Shown here: one piece after another, positions 13,752 to 24,149 of the stretch
Numbering within the stretch: the stretch's first letter is position 1
How the letters are laid out: every line of letters begins with the position of its first letter
DNA from: Camelus ferus
Lineage: Eukaryota
DNA length: 64,000 bases
Direction of reading: 5' to 3'
NCBI RefSeq assembly: GCF_009834535.1
Contig: NC_045703.1
Coordinates: 73,160,001 to 73,224,000, forward strand
The notes under the pieces: generated by a model
Seen by the model: only the letters and a program-made list of their open reading frames with translations
Told to the model about the DNA's origin: nothing
Database searches by the model: none
Made by a program: the position numbers and the translations under genes

Positions 13752-14522
13752 TCACACTAAGGTCATGACCTTCAGGGCGGCCGGCTGGAACCTGCGGATC
13801 CTCTTCTTCAGGGCCTTGGAGGCCTTGACGCGGCAGAGCCTGGGCACCGGGGGCAGGGGGGGTCTGGAGCCAGCCGGGGCCCGTGGGGGCAGCTGGGGGG
13901 CCGCCCCAGCCCAGGCCGGGCCCCTCCCCCCGCCCTGCACGCAGCCCTCCGAGTCGCTGCTGCCGGACTCCGCGTCCCCGAAGCGGTTGGCGGTGTGGTC
14001 GCTGGCCTCGTCCTCGCTGGTCTCCGCGATGGTGGAGTGGAAGGGGGAGGTGGGCTCCGAGCCCCCCGACTCGCTCCTGGCCTGGGCGTCCTGGCGGGGC
14101 AGCTGGGGCCTGGCCCTGGCGCACACAGGCTGCGGGCCGCCCCCTCTCCTCACTGCCGGCCTGTGGGGCCCGGGGCTGGGGTCCAGGCGGGGTCGGGCCG
14201 AGATCTCCGCGGAGGACCGCCACCGGTGCTGCTTTCTCCTGGGCTCCCCGCCGGCCGCCACCAGGGGGGCTGCCTCCAGGGGGAACAAGGCCTGGGTTGA
14301 CGCCCGGTGACCCTCCCGTCGGGCCACCAGCAGGGGGACGAAGAAGGACACGGGGTAGAGGCTGGATTCTGAGCAGGACCGGCCGGGCGCCCCCCTGGCG
14401 AGGGTGGGCCTCCTGAGACCACCCCCTGATGCAGGGGGAGGCCGGGGGGCTGGGAAGGCACCCCACTGCAGAGGCTGCTCCCCAAACCTTCCCGCCCTGT
14501 CACTGGCTGCCCCTCCTGACCT
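13752..14522 (-). CDS. DACT2: DACT2 exon 4, downstream frame encoding the C-terminal third ([13 protein letters not shown]...[11 protein letters not shown]...KVMTLV*)
   Basis: This frame is open from just after a TGA at 14525-14523 to the stop at 13754-13752. It encodes [21 protein letters not shown] and the terminal PDZ-binding motif MTLV. Its frame differs from the upstream part of the exon. Confidence 0.93.
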   Translation of the reverse strand, partial: RSGGAASDRAGRFGEQPLQWGAFPAPRPPPASGGGLRRPTLARGAPGRSCSESSLYPVSFFVPLLVARREGHRASTQALFPLEAAPLVAAGGEPRRKQHRWRSSAEISARPRLDPSPGPHRPAVRRGGGPQPVCARARPQLPRQDAQARSESGGSEPTSPFHSTIAETSEDEASDHTANRFGDAESGSSDSEGCVQGGGRGPAWAGAAPQLPPRAPAGSRPPLPPVPRLCRVKASKALKKRIRRFQPAALKVMTLV

Positions 14523-17500
14523 TCACAGGCTTTGTCTTGGGGGGTGGCATTTTCTGCCCTGTCGGGGAAGATCTGCTGGCAACAAAGTGGGGGTGGGCAC
14601 AGTGTCCGGGGGCCAGAGGGACACTGTTCCCCCCTGCCCTCCCACACGGGGACCTGCCTCTACCCGTCCAGCCGTCGGGTGCCAGCTGCTGGGCCCGGGA
14701 GCGGGGAGAGGGGGCTTGGCCGCACCCCATTGAGGGGGAGCCTGCACCAGCCTCCTCCCGCGAGGGTTGGGGTCCCTTATCTGGAAGGCTGCTGGGGTGC
14801 AGGGTGTCCACAAGGGGCGCAGGGCCTGGCTGCGGGAGGCTGTCCCCACCGGCGTCCCCCCTCTGCACCAGCCCTCCCCCTTCTGCCCCTTCTGGGGCCC
14901 AGGCCAGCTTCTCCAGGCCACCCTCACTATCTGCCCTCTGGCCACTGAGCTCCGGCAGGGAGGGGGTCGCCTCCTGTCTTGGGAGGCCCCGCTCACTCAC
15001 GCTGCCCCTCGGGGCTGGTCCCCGGCCCCGCAGTCGCAGCAGCTTGTCTATATAGGCTCCGGCCGGGCCAGCATCCGGGCCCAGAGAAGCCCGAATGGAG
15101 CTCGGACCTGCGGGGCCGGGAGGCGGCTGGCCTGGGGGCAAGGGGCTGTCGTTCTGCAATGTCTCCTTGGTCAGAGCAAAGAGGGGGCTCTGCAAAGCCA
15201 CAGCGTGCAGGGGGCTGGGGTACGGGTACACCTCCCTGCCCCCCTTGGACACCAGGTCACGCTGGAACTTGGGGTCCACGCCGTGGCAGAGGAGGGAAGT
15301 GGCCTTGGGGTGCGCACTGGCTTTCTGGAGCCTCACCTCAGCCGGCAGGGCTCTCTCAAGATCACCTGCAGAGGAAAAGAAGAACAAGAGGTAAATAAGG
15401 GAAGAGGTGAGTGTGGCCCTGGGGCTAGAGGCAGGCGGCCACAGGACAAGCCACCCCAGCCTCTCACATCGGTGCCTGGACAGAGTGTCCTCTGCACACG
15501 CGCCCTCGCCCGGCCCCAGTCAGGCCCCTTCCAGCAACAGCTTAGAAGGTAAGTCGCAGACCCAAACATTCAGTTCCATGCCCTTGTCCACCAGAGGTGC
15601 GGAGGATGCCCAGGGGACAGCCAACACCGGACAAGACCTTGGAACAGACTTCCCTGAGTGTTCACAGATTCAGCCAGAGAAGGCTCGCCAGACCGGGTCT
15701 AGCATTAGGAGTAAAAGATTAAGTTTTTCCCTTTGAGCTCGTTGGAAGTAACAGAAAGGCTCTTCCCTGGCCTGTGGGGGCACAGCTCTCTCCCCACGTC
15801 CACACTCAGCGCTGCACCCACTCTGGTCACTGGCAGAGCCGGGACAGCCGTGCAAGGGTGTGGAAGGATGTTCATTTTAAATAATAAGAAAAAATGCTTT
15901 CTATTACAACAGCCCTGTTATAATGAGCAGAAGTGGGTGTTTGATTTCTACCTCCATCCAAAACCCAAAAAAGCCTACAGAAAATTTGGAGCAGCACCTG
16001 TGGGGGTGGTACCAGCCCCACACGCACAGGGCTTCTCCAGGGTGCTCAGCAGGGCGGCGGCCGCCCCCGCCCCTGGGAAGGGGCTCGGAGCCGCCCCCAC
16101 TGCCTGGGCTGGGACCGCCCACCCTCCTGGCTCTCCTTACCTGTAGACACCGGCCTGGGCCGGGACTCGCCCTCCTCGCTGGCCTGGAATCCCCACGTAG
16201 GCAGGGGGACCCCGCACACGGTGGTCTCGTCTGCTGAACGGGGCCGGCAGTCCCCGGCGCTGGGCCCGGCCTTGGCGGTGGCGGGCAGCAGCGTGCCCAG
16301 GGAGGAGGACAGGCGGTCACTGCACACGGACGTGCAGGAGGTGGACAGGGAGCAGGAGCCGCCGTCGCTCAGCTCGTAGAAGCCTGGACCGGGGACAGGG
16401 CGGTCAGCCCAGCTCCCTGGGTAGCCCTGCGCTAAGGGGACTGCAGGGCCCCAGGGAAGCCGGCCTGGGAGTGGCCAGGGCTGGAACACCAAGGAGGCCT
16501 CCCTACTACCGTCTCCTATCACCCACGACAGGGTTGGTGGGACCCTCATCACCCACGCCCACCATCTGCCCATCCCCATCCTTGCCCAGTGGCTCGTTTT
16601 GCCTGATGTGACCACTGGCCTCTAGCCCTGGGGAGAGAGACTCTGGCTTCCGTCCCCCTCCGTCCTCGGTGCCTGCCAGGCTCATCCAGAGAAGCAACCA
16701 GACAAGAAGCTGCATTTCGGGAGGTCCCTCAGCCCCGCCCTGCTATGGGCATGACAACCTAGACTGGGGCACGACTTTGCAAATTAAAAACAAGAGAAAG
16801 AAACACTGTCCTTGGGGAGAACCCTGGTCTCCTAGGTTTGCCATCAGAACCACCACCTGACAGTGTAATCTGGATGGAAAGCCCATGTACCCAGGCCCGT
16901 GACGGTCAGAGACTCTCCAGCCACCTCTGTGTGACCTTGGAGTAAGGCACTCGGGCAGCAGGGGCGGAAACCAGCATCTCTCACTACACCGGTTTTAGAC
17001 TGAATAAGCCTACAGACTTAAAAAAATACTTCTGTCACGTAAAAGTGGCTACTGACAACTTGCATGCTGATTCAACAGAAAAGAGCCCAGAAGCATCTGC
17101 CTCGGCCCAGAGAGAGGTGGGAAACTCCTGGGGTTTCTCTCCATCCAAAGCAGTATTTTCCCAGGTAAACAGTGTGTATCGCTCCCCCCCTCCCTCTTAA
17201 AGCACATTTAAGTAAAAGCAGTCCCTCTTCAGCACGCGTCAGTAACGCGCTGTTCTGGGCTTGCACACAGCTCCCAGAGGGCAGAGGCAGGTCTCCTCCG
17301 TCAGGCCAGAGAGCTGACCCCTGAAGGCCGGGGCCCCAGGACAAGCGACAGACCAGAGTGTCCCTCCGTGAGGCCACGCTGCCCCGAGCCCAGGGCGGGC
17401 GCCGTACCCGAGCTGGGCCTGCTGTCACTGTCGGGGGCCTCACTGGAGCTTCTGCGCACGTCCAGCTGCAGCTCGCTGATCTGCTGGTCCAGCTGGTCCA

Positions 17501-20500
17501 GGTGGGTTTTCAGGCCGACGTCCTGGCGCCTTAAGCGGCTCTAAGAAGGGAAGAGGGAGATGCCAAACCGCTGCGGGCACAGAAACCGATGTCCGAGGCC
17601 CCGCGTGCCGCCGCGTCGCCGGTGCGGCCTAGCCCGCAAACCCGCAAACCCACAAACCCGCAGCCGGGCGCCTGCCAGGCGGCTCCTCCTCACTCACGCC
17701 TGAAGGAGAACCTACACCACCCCCCCACCTCCAGCCGGCCTCCCAACTGCAGACGGCTTTTTATCAACAATTTCCAGTTAGACATTTCTTCATAAGGACA
17801 CGGAGAAATACGGACACGGAGAAATAGGGTGGAATCAGGATCAAAAACGGGACAAGGACCCTCCTCTGGCAGGAGCCGCTGGTAAGATTCTCAACTGCTG
17901 TCTTTCTTTGCGGAGGTGCAGTGACGTGCAATGCCGTGCTAGCTTCTGGTGTGCAGCACAGGGATTCGGTTACACACACACGCATCCCTTCCAGACTCCT
18001 TTCCACCGCCGGGCGCTACGAGCTCTGGAACGCAGCTCCCTGTGCGATGCACCGGGTCCGGGGTGACCACCTATTTCCTTTTCGGTCTCGGTGAGACTCT
18101 GCTTCCCGGGCATGTGCTGCGTGGACCCTGCGTCTGGTGCGTCACCAGGTCTGTCACGGCGGCCTGTCCACGGCACCTGGGGAGGACTGACCTTTCTACC
18201 TTTCAGGGCGCAGGAAAGTCCCCAGGAAAGAAAAACAAGGCCCCTCTTCTGCAGGGTCTCAGCCCCCATATCACAGGTGGCATTCTGAACTGTTCTGAGT
18301 TTTGTCAGACTTTTGGGGTTGGGGGGGCACTGCAAGAGCAAAGGGCCCTGTGCCTGGGGTCACAGCAGCCTGAACACCAGCCCCAGGACCTGTCTGGTTT
18401 TGAGGTCCCATCTCTGCTCTGCCTTCCTGGGCCCCAGCTCCTCCAGGCTTCGGCTTCCCCAGCTGTCTCACGGGTCACTGTGCGCATTAACCACACGTGT
18501 GTGTGCATCATGTAACATACATATAACGCATGTATGTGGTTAGGGCTCACGTATATGCTCACACACACACACGTAAGTCACGTGTAACACCGGGTATTTA
18601 ATAAATGCTGACTTCCTTCCTTCAATGATCAAACTTCACCCTGTTTCCTAGGTCCGCGGCCTAAGTTTCTTGTTTGAATTAACAATTAAGTTTAAGGCAA
18701 ATAACTAATGAACGTAATGATGTGGGTTATCCTGTTTAAGAAAATAACTAACTGTATTTCAAATTTTTATACAGGAAACGAGGAATTACTTCAGTCATTT
18801 CAATAGTATGAGAAGTCGGTCCAAGAGAGAAGCAGGTGGTGGTAATTTCTCATTCTTTTGGGAGGACCGGGTCGGCCAGGGTGTCCTGACCAGCCCAGGT
18901 GAGGGCTGGGGTGGGGGGCCGGGGGCCCGGCCCGCAGCACCCGGTGAGGAGCAGACACCAGGGGTCTCAGAACCACCTCCAGGCCACAGTCTCCCAGCCT
19001 CGTCTCCCTGTAAACACAACACGGCCAAAAACAGTCCGGAGTTTAATCAAAACTTAAATACTCAGAAGCACCCAGATCAGCCTAAACACCCCGGCTTCCC
19101 ACCTGCATTTCTTCACAAAGGGAACCGGCCCCCAGGTGGACGGCACTGCCTGAGAGCCGGGCCGGGGGGGGGGCGGCAAAGATGGGCTCCCAGCCAATCA
19201 CCATCCGGGCAGAAAACACTTAGATTCAAACAAAGGGGATTTTTACTGCAAGTGATTTTTCTCCTGTCGTAAAACAGGACCATGGTACCAGCAGAAAATC
19301 AAGTTCCTCTGTTAGACCACACTTCGCTCAAAAACATCAATTTGACCTCCTCCAAACCACGGCATCCTCTTTCTTCTGAAGGAGGTCATCTCTGGATCCC
19401 ACAGTTGGCTTCTTTCCTTCCTCTCCACACCCCTTCCCCCCAAAAACCGGAGCCCTGTGTGTTTGTGCTAGAATAATTGCTTTGTGATTAATGTTTGCCC
19501 AGCCAGGCCTGCAGTTGGCGGGTTCTGATGAATGTTGAGAGCGCACGGGCGCCGGGCCCTCTGGGACTCTCAGATGATTTACTGAGCCCTCAGGACCCCA
19601 CTGCACGGCTACGGGGCTTCACCATCAGGGTTTATGCCGTCCTCTGTCGCCTTCCCCGTCCCTCATGTGGGCTTTCTGTGTCTGCTTCTCAAGAACTCTT
19701 CCTGGGCCTCTAACTTTGTGCTCGGTCAAAGTTCCTTATGTGGCCAGGACCGGGCATGACCCACTGCAGAGCCAGCCACGGGGCAGCTCCATCCACGTGT
19801 CTCTGCAGAGAAAATGTGTGACAGAGACGTCGATGCCCCGTCAACTTGACCGTGGCCATCACACGGACTCCCCACAGAGCAGCCCGCAAGCTGGGGGCCA
19901 GCCGCCCTCCCCACTCACCGCAGGCCCTCAAGCTCATGGTCAGGATACCACATCCTGCCAGAAGCCCCCGAACCTGGGCGAGGGGGGTCCCGTGTAAGGG
20001 AGAGCACGCGGGTCCCAGGAACTGGGAGCATGCACCCTGGCGTCCACACAGACTCTGGGGCTCCCTGCCACTACCTGAGACTCCAGGGCATTCCAGGGCA
20101 TGCCTGGGCCCTTGCACTCTGACCAGCTCCCAAGAACCAACTTTTCACAACCACAGAAGTTTGTGGTCTTAAAAAGTTTGTTGTTTGGTTTTGCATAAGG
20201 ATTCACATTTATTAGTTCAAACTTCTGCTCAGGGATATGCCATTCAGAACAAATACCTGGCTCATCCCCCACGTTTTGGAAACGTTTCCTCTGCTCGCCA
20301 CGAGGGACCTGAGTTCCACCGGCTTCGCCTTTTGCTCCTGTCTGCCGTTCAGCTTTCCAGCAGATTCGGAGGACAAAAATGAAAATTGTCCCAAAGTTCA
20401 GGACACGGAAGTGGCCTCTAAAACACCTGCGTTCTTTCCTTGAAAGCTGAGAACAAGCAAAGGAAGCATCTTCCACAGGAATTCTGAGGCCTCACAAGGG

Positions 20501-23500
20501 CCCTGTGGTTGGGTAAGCGTTTCAGCCTCGCTTGAGAAGAGATCCGCCAAAGGGCCAAGGTCACAGGTTGGCCTCGGGATAAGGAGCGCTAGCATCACAG
20601 AAGGATGCCCCCCCCCAAGACCTTGAGCGAGTTCGATCCCCTGGTAATTTGAGGAGCCAGTGTGGTCCATCCCAGGAAACTACCAGGCAGGGGTGGGGGG
20701 TGTTACACCTGCAGTCAGACCTCCAGCCCTTAACGCCGGCACCTGGCGGCCGGGAGACGCTGCTGCCACGCAGGCTCAGGGCAAGTTGTGACCAGCAGAG
20801 CCAGCCGCCAGGAAATTCCCCAGGATCCGCTTCCTCACTTCCCACCCAGGGCCCCTGTCTCCCCGGCCCCTGCAGCGCCTCCTGGTGGCAGACGGGGCTC
20901 CCGGGCCCCTCGGGCTCCTGAGTCCACATCACTGCTGGGAATTAGCCCTTCTAAAAATAGGAACGGCAGCCGCTTCTCCGGGGGAACCCCTCCCGGGAAG
21001 ACAGACAGGTGAGCCCAGGACAGCAGAGCGGTAGGGCTGCTCTGGTCGGAGGTCACGGGAGGTTCTTTATCTTAGAAACCTAGAACATGGAGAGAGTGAG
21101 TGCTGAAACCGTTTCCCCTTTGTGACAGCAAGAAAAGCTGCTCGTTTACTTACTCCACAGATACTGAGTACCTACTACGCGCTTCCTCGTGTGATTGGAG
21201 GCACAGCAATTAAAGGAAGGTGCAGAACGTTCTGGTCAGCGTTAACATGGTAGGAACTGTGATTCTAACTGCAGTTTAAATCCCCCCCAAATGCTCCAGC
21301 TCATTCTCACTTGGGAATTCTGTGGGACAAAGCTATGAAGACTCAGATAAAAGTTCTTCCTGTCTTCACACCTGAAAGGTGCCCCTTGGCCAGATTAACA
21401 CCAGGGTGGGGGTGGGAAGAGGCCCTATGTGAGCAGGGAGTTACTGAAGTGTGCAGCTCCGCTGGAGATGAAGGTGTTTTTAAAAATATTTTATTTATTT
21501 ATTATTTTGTTTTTGTTTTGGGGGAAGTAAGTAGGCTTATTTACTTATTTATTTTAATGGAGGTACCGGGGATTGAACCCAGGACCATGCATGCTAAGCA
21601 CGCGCTCTACCCCTGAGCTGCACCCTCCCCCACACAGGTCTTTTGATTGTACTTGTCATCACAGAACTAGGATTACTCCTCATTTTTTCCCTGTAAGAAA
21701 AAATGTGAAGGTGTTAATCACTGGGCTGATGTCACACCTTTGCAATTATTCCTCCCTTTTGATCCCGTAATCTGTTCCAAGAACAAAGTTGCAAGACAAA
21801 GTGTGCGTGTTCCTTCTGGTCCCCACATTAAAAAAAAATAAAAAATAAAACAAAAAAAACCCTGTTTGATCTTCTCTCCCAAAAGGCTACTTGTAATTAG
21901 AGGCTGGGCACTCACAAGTCTGATTTGTACACTACTGAGGCCAAGTTAATCATCAACTGGGCTCCCACCCCTTCGTCAGGACAATTCACAGCAGCACTGC
22001 ACCGCTCCTTCCAGTCACATGCGTGTCATGCCTCTCCGCCCGGCCACTGTGTGCTTCCCCAGGTAGGGTGGGTCTGGGTGCCCACACACAGGCCAGCTAA
22101 GCCAGCAGCTGGGACTTGAGAAACTGGTGAGTGGAAAGCCAACGGAAGCTCCACTCTGTAGCCAGCTCGGTCCCTCCGTGCCGCAGTCACGGAACCACAG
22201 GAGGAGAGGCTGCACAGGGGCCGTCTCAGCAGTGTGGGAAGACAGCAGGACCCTGGGAGGCACCTCCCGGCGCTGCCTTCCTAACTGTCTAATCCAGAAG
22301 CAGTTAGCAAGTCATTGACGTGACTATGCTAAGCTGACGGCTGCAGCTCTGTCCAGGCTCCTTTGCAAAGACAGCAACTTTTAAACAGGACAGATCTGAT
22401 TTCTAATTTACAAGAAATTCCACTTGGAGTAATAGAGTCTACTGTATCAAATAGACATTCTTCTCTATAGCCTTTTAATTTTTGTTTTCTTTAAAGAATA
22501 CTGTATCCGGGGTGAGGGGTATAGCTCAGTGGTAGAGCCCATGATCGGTGTGCATGAGGTCCTGGGTTCAATCCCCAGTGCCTCCCTTAAGGGGAAAAAA
22601 TTCCAAAAAAAAAAAAAAAAAAAAAAAAAGAAAGACAGAAAAAAAAAATGCTGCAATAGTGTAAAAAAACTCTCTTGAGTTGCTTCCAATACGTGGAATC
22701 GAACCACACAGCGGCTTCATAACCGGCGCGGTCATCTGGAGAGTGTCTTCAGTGCTACGTAAGGAACCGGATTCGGAGGAGCCGGGCACTGGGGAGAAGG
22801 CGCGGCGGGAAGGCAATGCTAGGGGTCCGGCTCCGCCGCCTCGCCATGCAGAGAGCACACCTCTTTTCATAGGTCAGGTTACATTTTAAAGTTGGAGAGG
22901 CCCTCATCAGATACCTGTTTTCCCCATTATGTTGTTACAGTGACACGGCCCCCGAGCTCAGCCTGCGCACATCACTGGGGACAACCCGGGTGCACTCCGC
23001 ACGCTGGAGCTGCTGTCCCTGAACCGACGCAGCAGGGAGGCGCTGGCACCGGGAATACGACACCGGGATTCCAAGCAGCCCCCACCAGGGGCAACCGACT
23101 TAATGCGTTCTTATCTGCACAGCACGGAAACTCCATCAAGCAGGAAAACATCCTAAAAGCCTGCCGGCGCGGGGAAGCGGGCAGAGCCGGGCGCAGTCCC
23201 GATGCGCCTCTAAGCGCAGGCGAGCAGTGCCCGGCTATTTTCGGGATCCGGATCCTTAGCCCTGCGCCTCGGGCCTCCGCGTCCGTCTCCTCGGAACCGA
23301 ATCGCGTCCTTTCAAATCCCCGAGGGTGCCCCTCCAGCGGTCGGGCGGCCCGGCCGCCTCCCGCCTGCCCGGGTGAAGCGGGTCCCCGCGTCCCCGCGAC
23401 CCCGAGCAGCCCAACGACCCCCGCGCGCGCTCCTTACCAGCTGCTCCTGCAGCGCCGCCAGCGCCGCCTCCAGCCGCAGCTCGTGGGCGCGGGGGCCGCG

Positions 23501-23674
23501 GAGGGCGGCGGGCCCGGGCGGGGGCTGCATGGCCAGGGCGCCCCGCACGCGCGCCTGCTGCCGGGCGCGCAGCCCCTGCAGCTCGTGCAGCCCCGCGAGC
23601 GCCGCGCGCAGCCGGGCGCCCACCCTGCGGCGGTCCCAGCCCGCGGGCCCCGGCGGCCCGCCCGGCGCCCACAT
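13752..23674 (-). CDS. DACT2: DACT2 (Dapper homolog 2), spliced 4-exon CDS with an apparent frameshift in exon 4
   Basis: join(23674-23438, 17540-17408, 16383-16141, 15365-13752). Phases 0/1/1 are consistent and all introns are GT..AG. The translation has the Dapper hallmarks: N-terminal leucine zipper ([40 protein letters not shown]), [31 protein letters not shown], and C-terminal [24 protein letters not shown]. Total length is 2227 nt, one more than a multiple of 3. Confidence 0.97.
14500..15365 (-). CDS. DACT2: DACT2 exon 4, upstream frame (GDLERAL...[10 protein letters not shown]), ending in a premature TGA at 14502-14500
   Basis: Acceptor TTTTCCTCTGCAG| at 15366; contains [17 protein letters not shown]; track ORF 14500..15387(-). 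Confidence 0.93.
16141..16383 (-). CDS. DACT2: DACT2 coding exon 3 (243 nt, [17 protein letters not shown]...PRPVST)
   Basis: Acceptor CCCTGTCCCCGGTCCAG| at 16384; donor G|GTAAGG at 16140; lies within track ORF 16046..16615(-). Confidence 0.95.
17408..17540 (-). CDS. DACT2: DACT2 coding exon 2 (133 nt, [17 protein letters not shown]...DSDSRPSS)
   Basis: Acceptor TCTCCCTCTTCCCTTCTTAG| ending at 17541; donor G|GTACGG at 17407. Too short to appear in the ORF track, so translated by hand. Confidence 0.95.
21484..21631 (-). mobile_element. tRNA-Ala-derived SINE (camelid type) in DACT2 intron 1
   Basis: Minus strand reads GGGGAGGGTGCAGCTCAGGGGTAGAGCGCGTGCTTAGCATGCATGGTCCTGGGTTCAATCCCCGGTACCTCC, followed by an AAAT-rich tail. 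Confidence 0.9.
22509..22648 (+). mobile_element. tRNA-Ala-derived SINE in DACT2 intron 1, antisense to the gene, with an A25 tail
   Basis: A box TAGCTCAGTGG, B box GGTTCAATCC, A run at 22605-22629; degenerate target-site duplication (TSD) AAGAATACTGTA / AAAAATGCTGCA. Confidence 0.9.
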
Positions 23675-24000
23675 AGCGCGCTCGACCCCGGAGCTCCCCG
23701 GAGCCGCCCCGGCCTCCCGAGCGGCGCCACGGCGGTGCGCGCGGCCTCCGGCGCCGCCTCTCCCCGCCCCCGGCCCGCGGGTCGCCAAGGTAGGCTGGGA
23801 CCTATCGACCTATCGGTGGCCGCGGAGGCGGCGTTTGCACACGCCCCGGGGTCACAGCGGCCGCCCCCGGGCCCGCCCCGTCGGCGGAGCCCCGCGGCCT
23901 TGGGGACCAGGACGGCGACGATGCGTGCTGTGACCTCGGAGGGACCCAAGCGGAGGGAGGCGCCCGGCGGGAGACCTGAAGTGGCGGCAGTGGGACAAAC
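23150..24000. promoter_or_regulatory. CpG island covering the DACT2 promoter and exon 1
   Basis: Very high GC and CpG density; GC boxes (CCCCGCCCC at about 23762); sharp drop to AT-rich sequence at about 24005. Boundaries approximate. Confidence 0.88.
23438..23674 (-). CDS. DACT2: DACT2 coding exon 1 (79 codons, [17 protein letters not shown]...ALQEQL)
   Basis: ATG at 23674-23672; donor CTG|GTAAGG with GT at 23437-23436; matches the DACT2 N-terminus I recall from human (MWTPGGPPGSAGWDRRRLGARL). Confidence 0.96.
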
Positions 24001-24149
24001 ACGGTGAAAGGTTTTGTCCAGGTTAAAAAAATGTTTAAGACGAATTATTGGGTAATATCACATTGTAAGGACCACGTTACCACTATCAACCCATTAGAAC
24101 TTTGGAAAAAAACTCCACTTTTCTTGGAAGCCTTAGCTTGTCTTTTTCT

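Noticed and set aside
13417-14416. Long plus-strand ORFs (297 aa, 177 aa) overlapping DACT2 exon 4
   Set aside because: Antisense shadows of GC-rich coding DNA; low-complexity products with no recognisable domain.
14497-14508. Antizyme-like +1 ribosomal frameshift at CAG-UGA-C
   Set aside because: It is geometrically possible, but I see no stimulatory element and orthologues are known as continuous ORFs.
14466-14520. A 55-nt GT..AG segment (AAG|GTCAGG...CTGCAG|TGG, minus strand) whose removal would restore the DACT2 frame
   Set aside because: Shorter than typical mammalian introns, purine-rich with no polypyrimidine tract, and it would delete residues ([11 protein letters not shown]) that align with the human protein. 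A 1-nt indel is simpler. Junction reads would overturn this.
21484-22648. tRNA-Ala(AGC)-like sequences that could be called tRNA genes
   Set aside because: They have A-rich tails, TSDs and disrupted stems, and six related copies occur in the window, so they are SINEs.
22892-24007. 371-aa plus-strand ORF across the DACT2 promoter
   Set aside because: CpG-island DNA lacks stop codons; starts at a non-ATG codon; Ala/Pro/Arg/Gly-rich with no domain.
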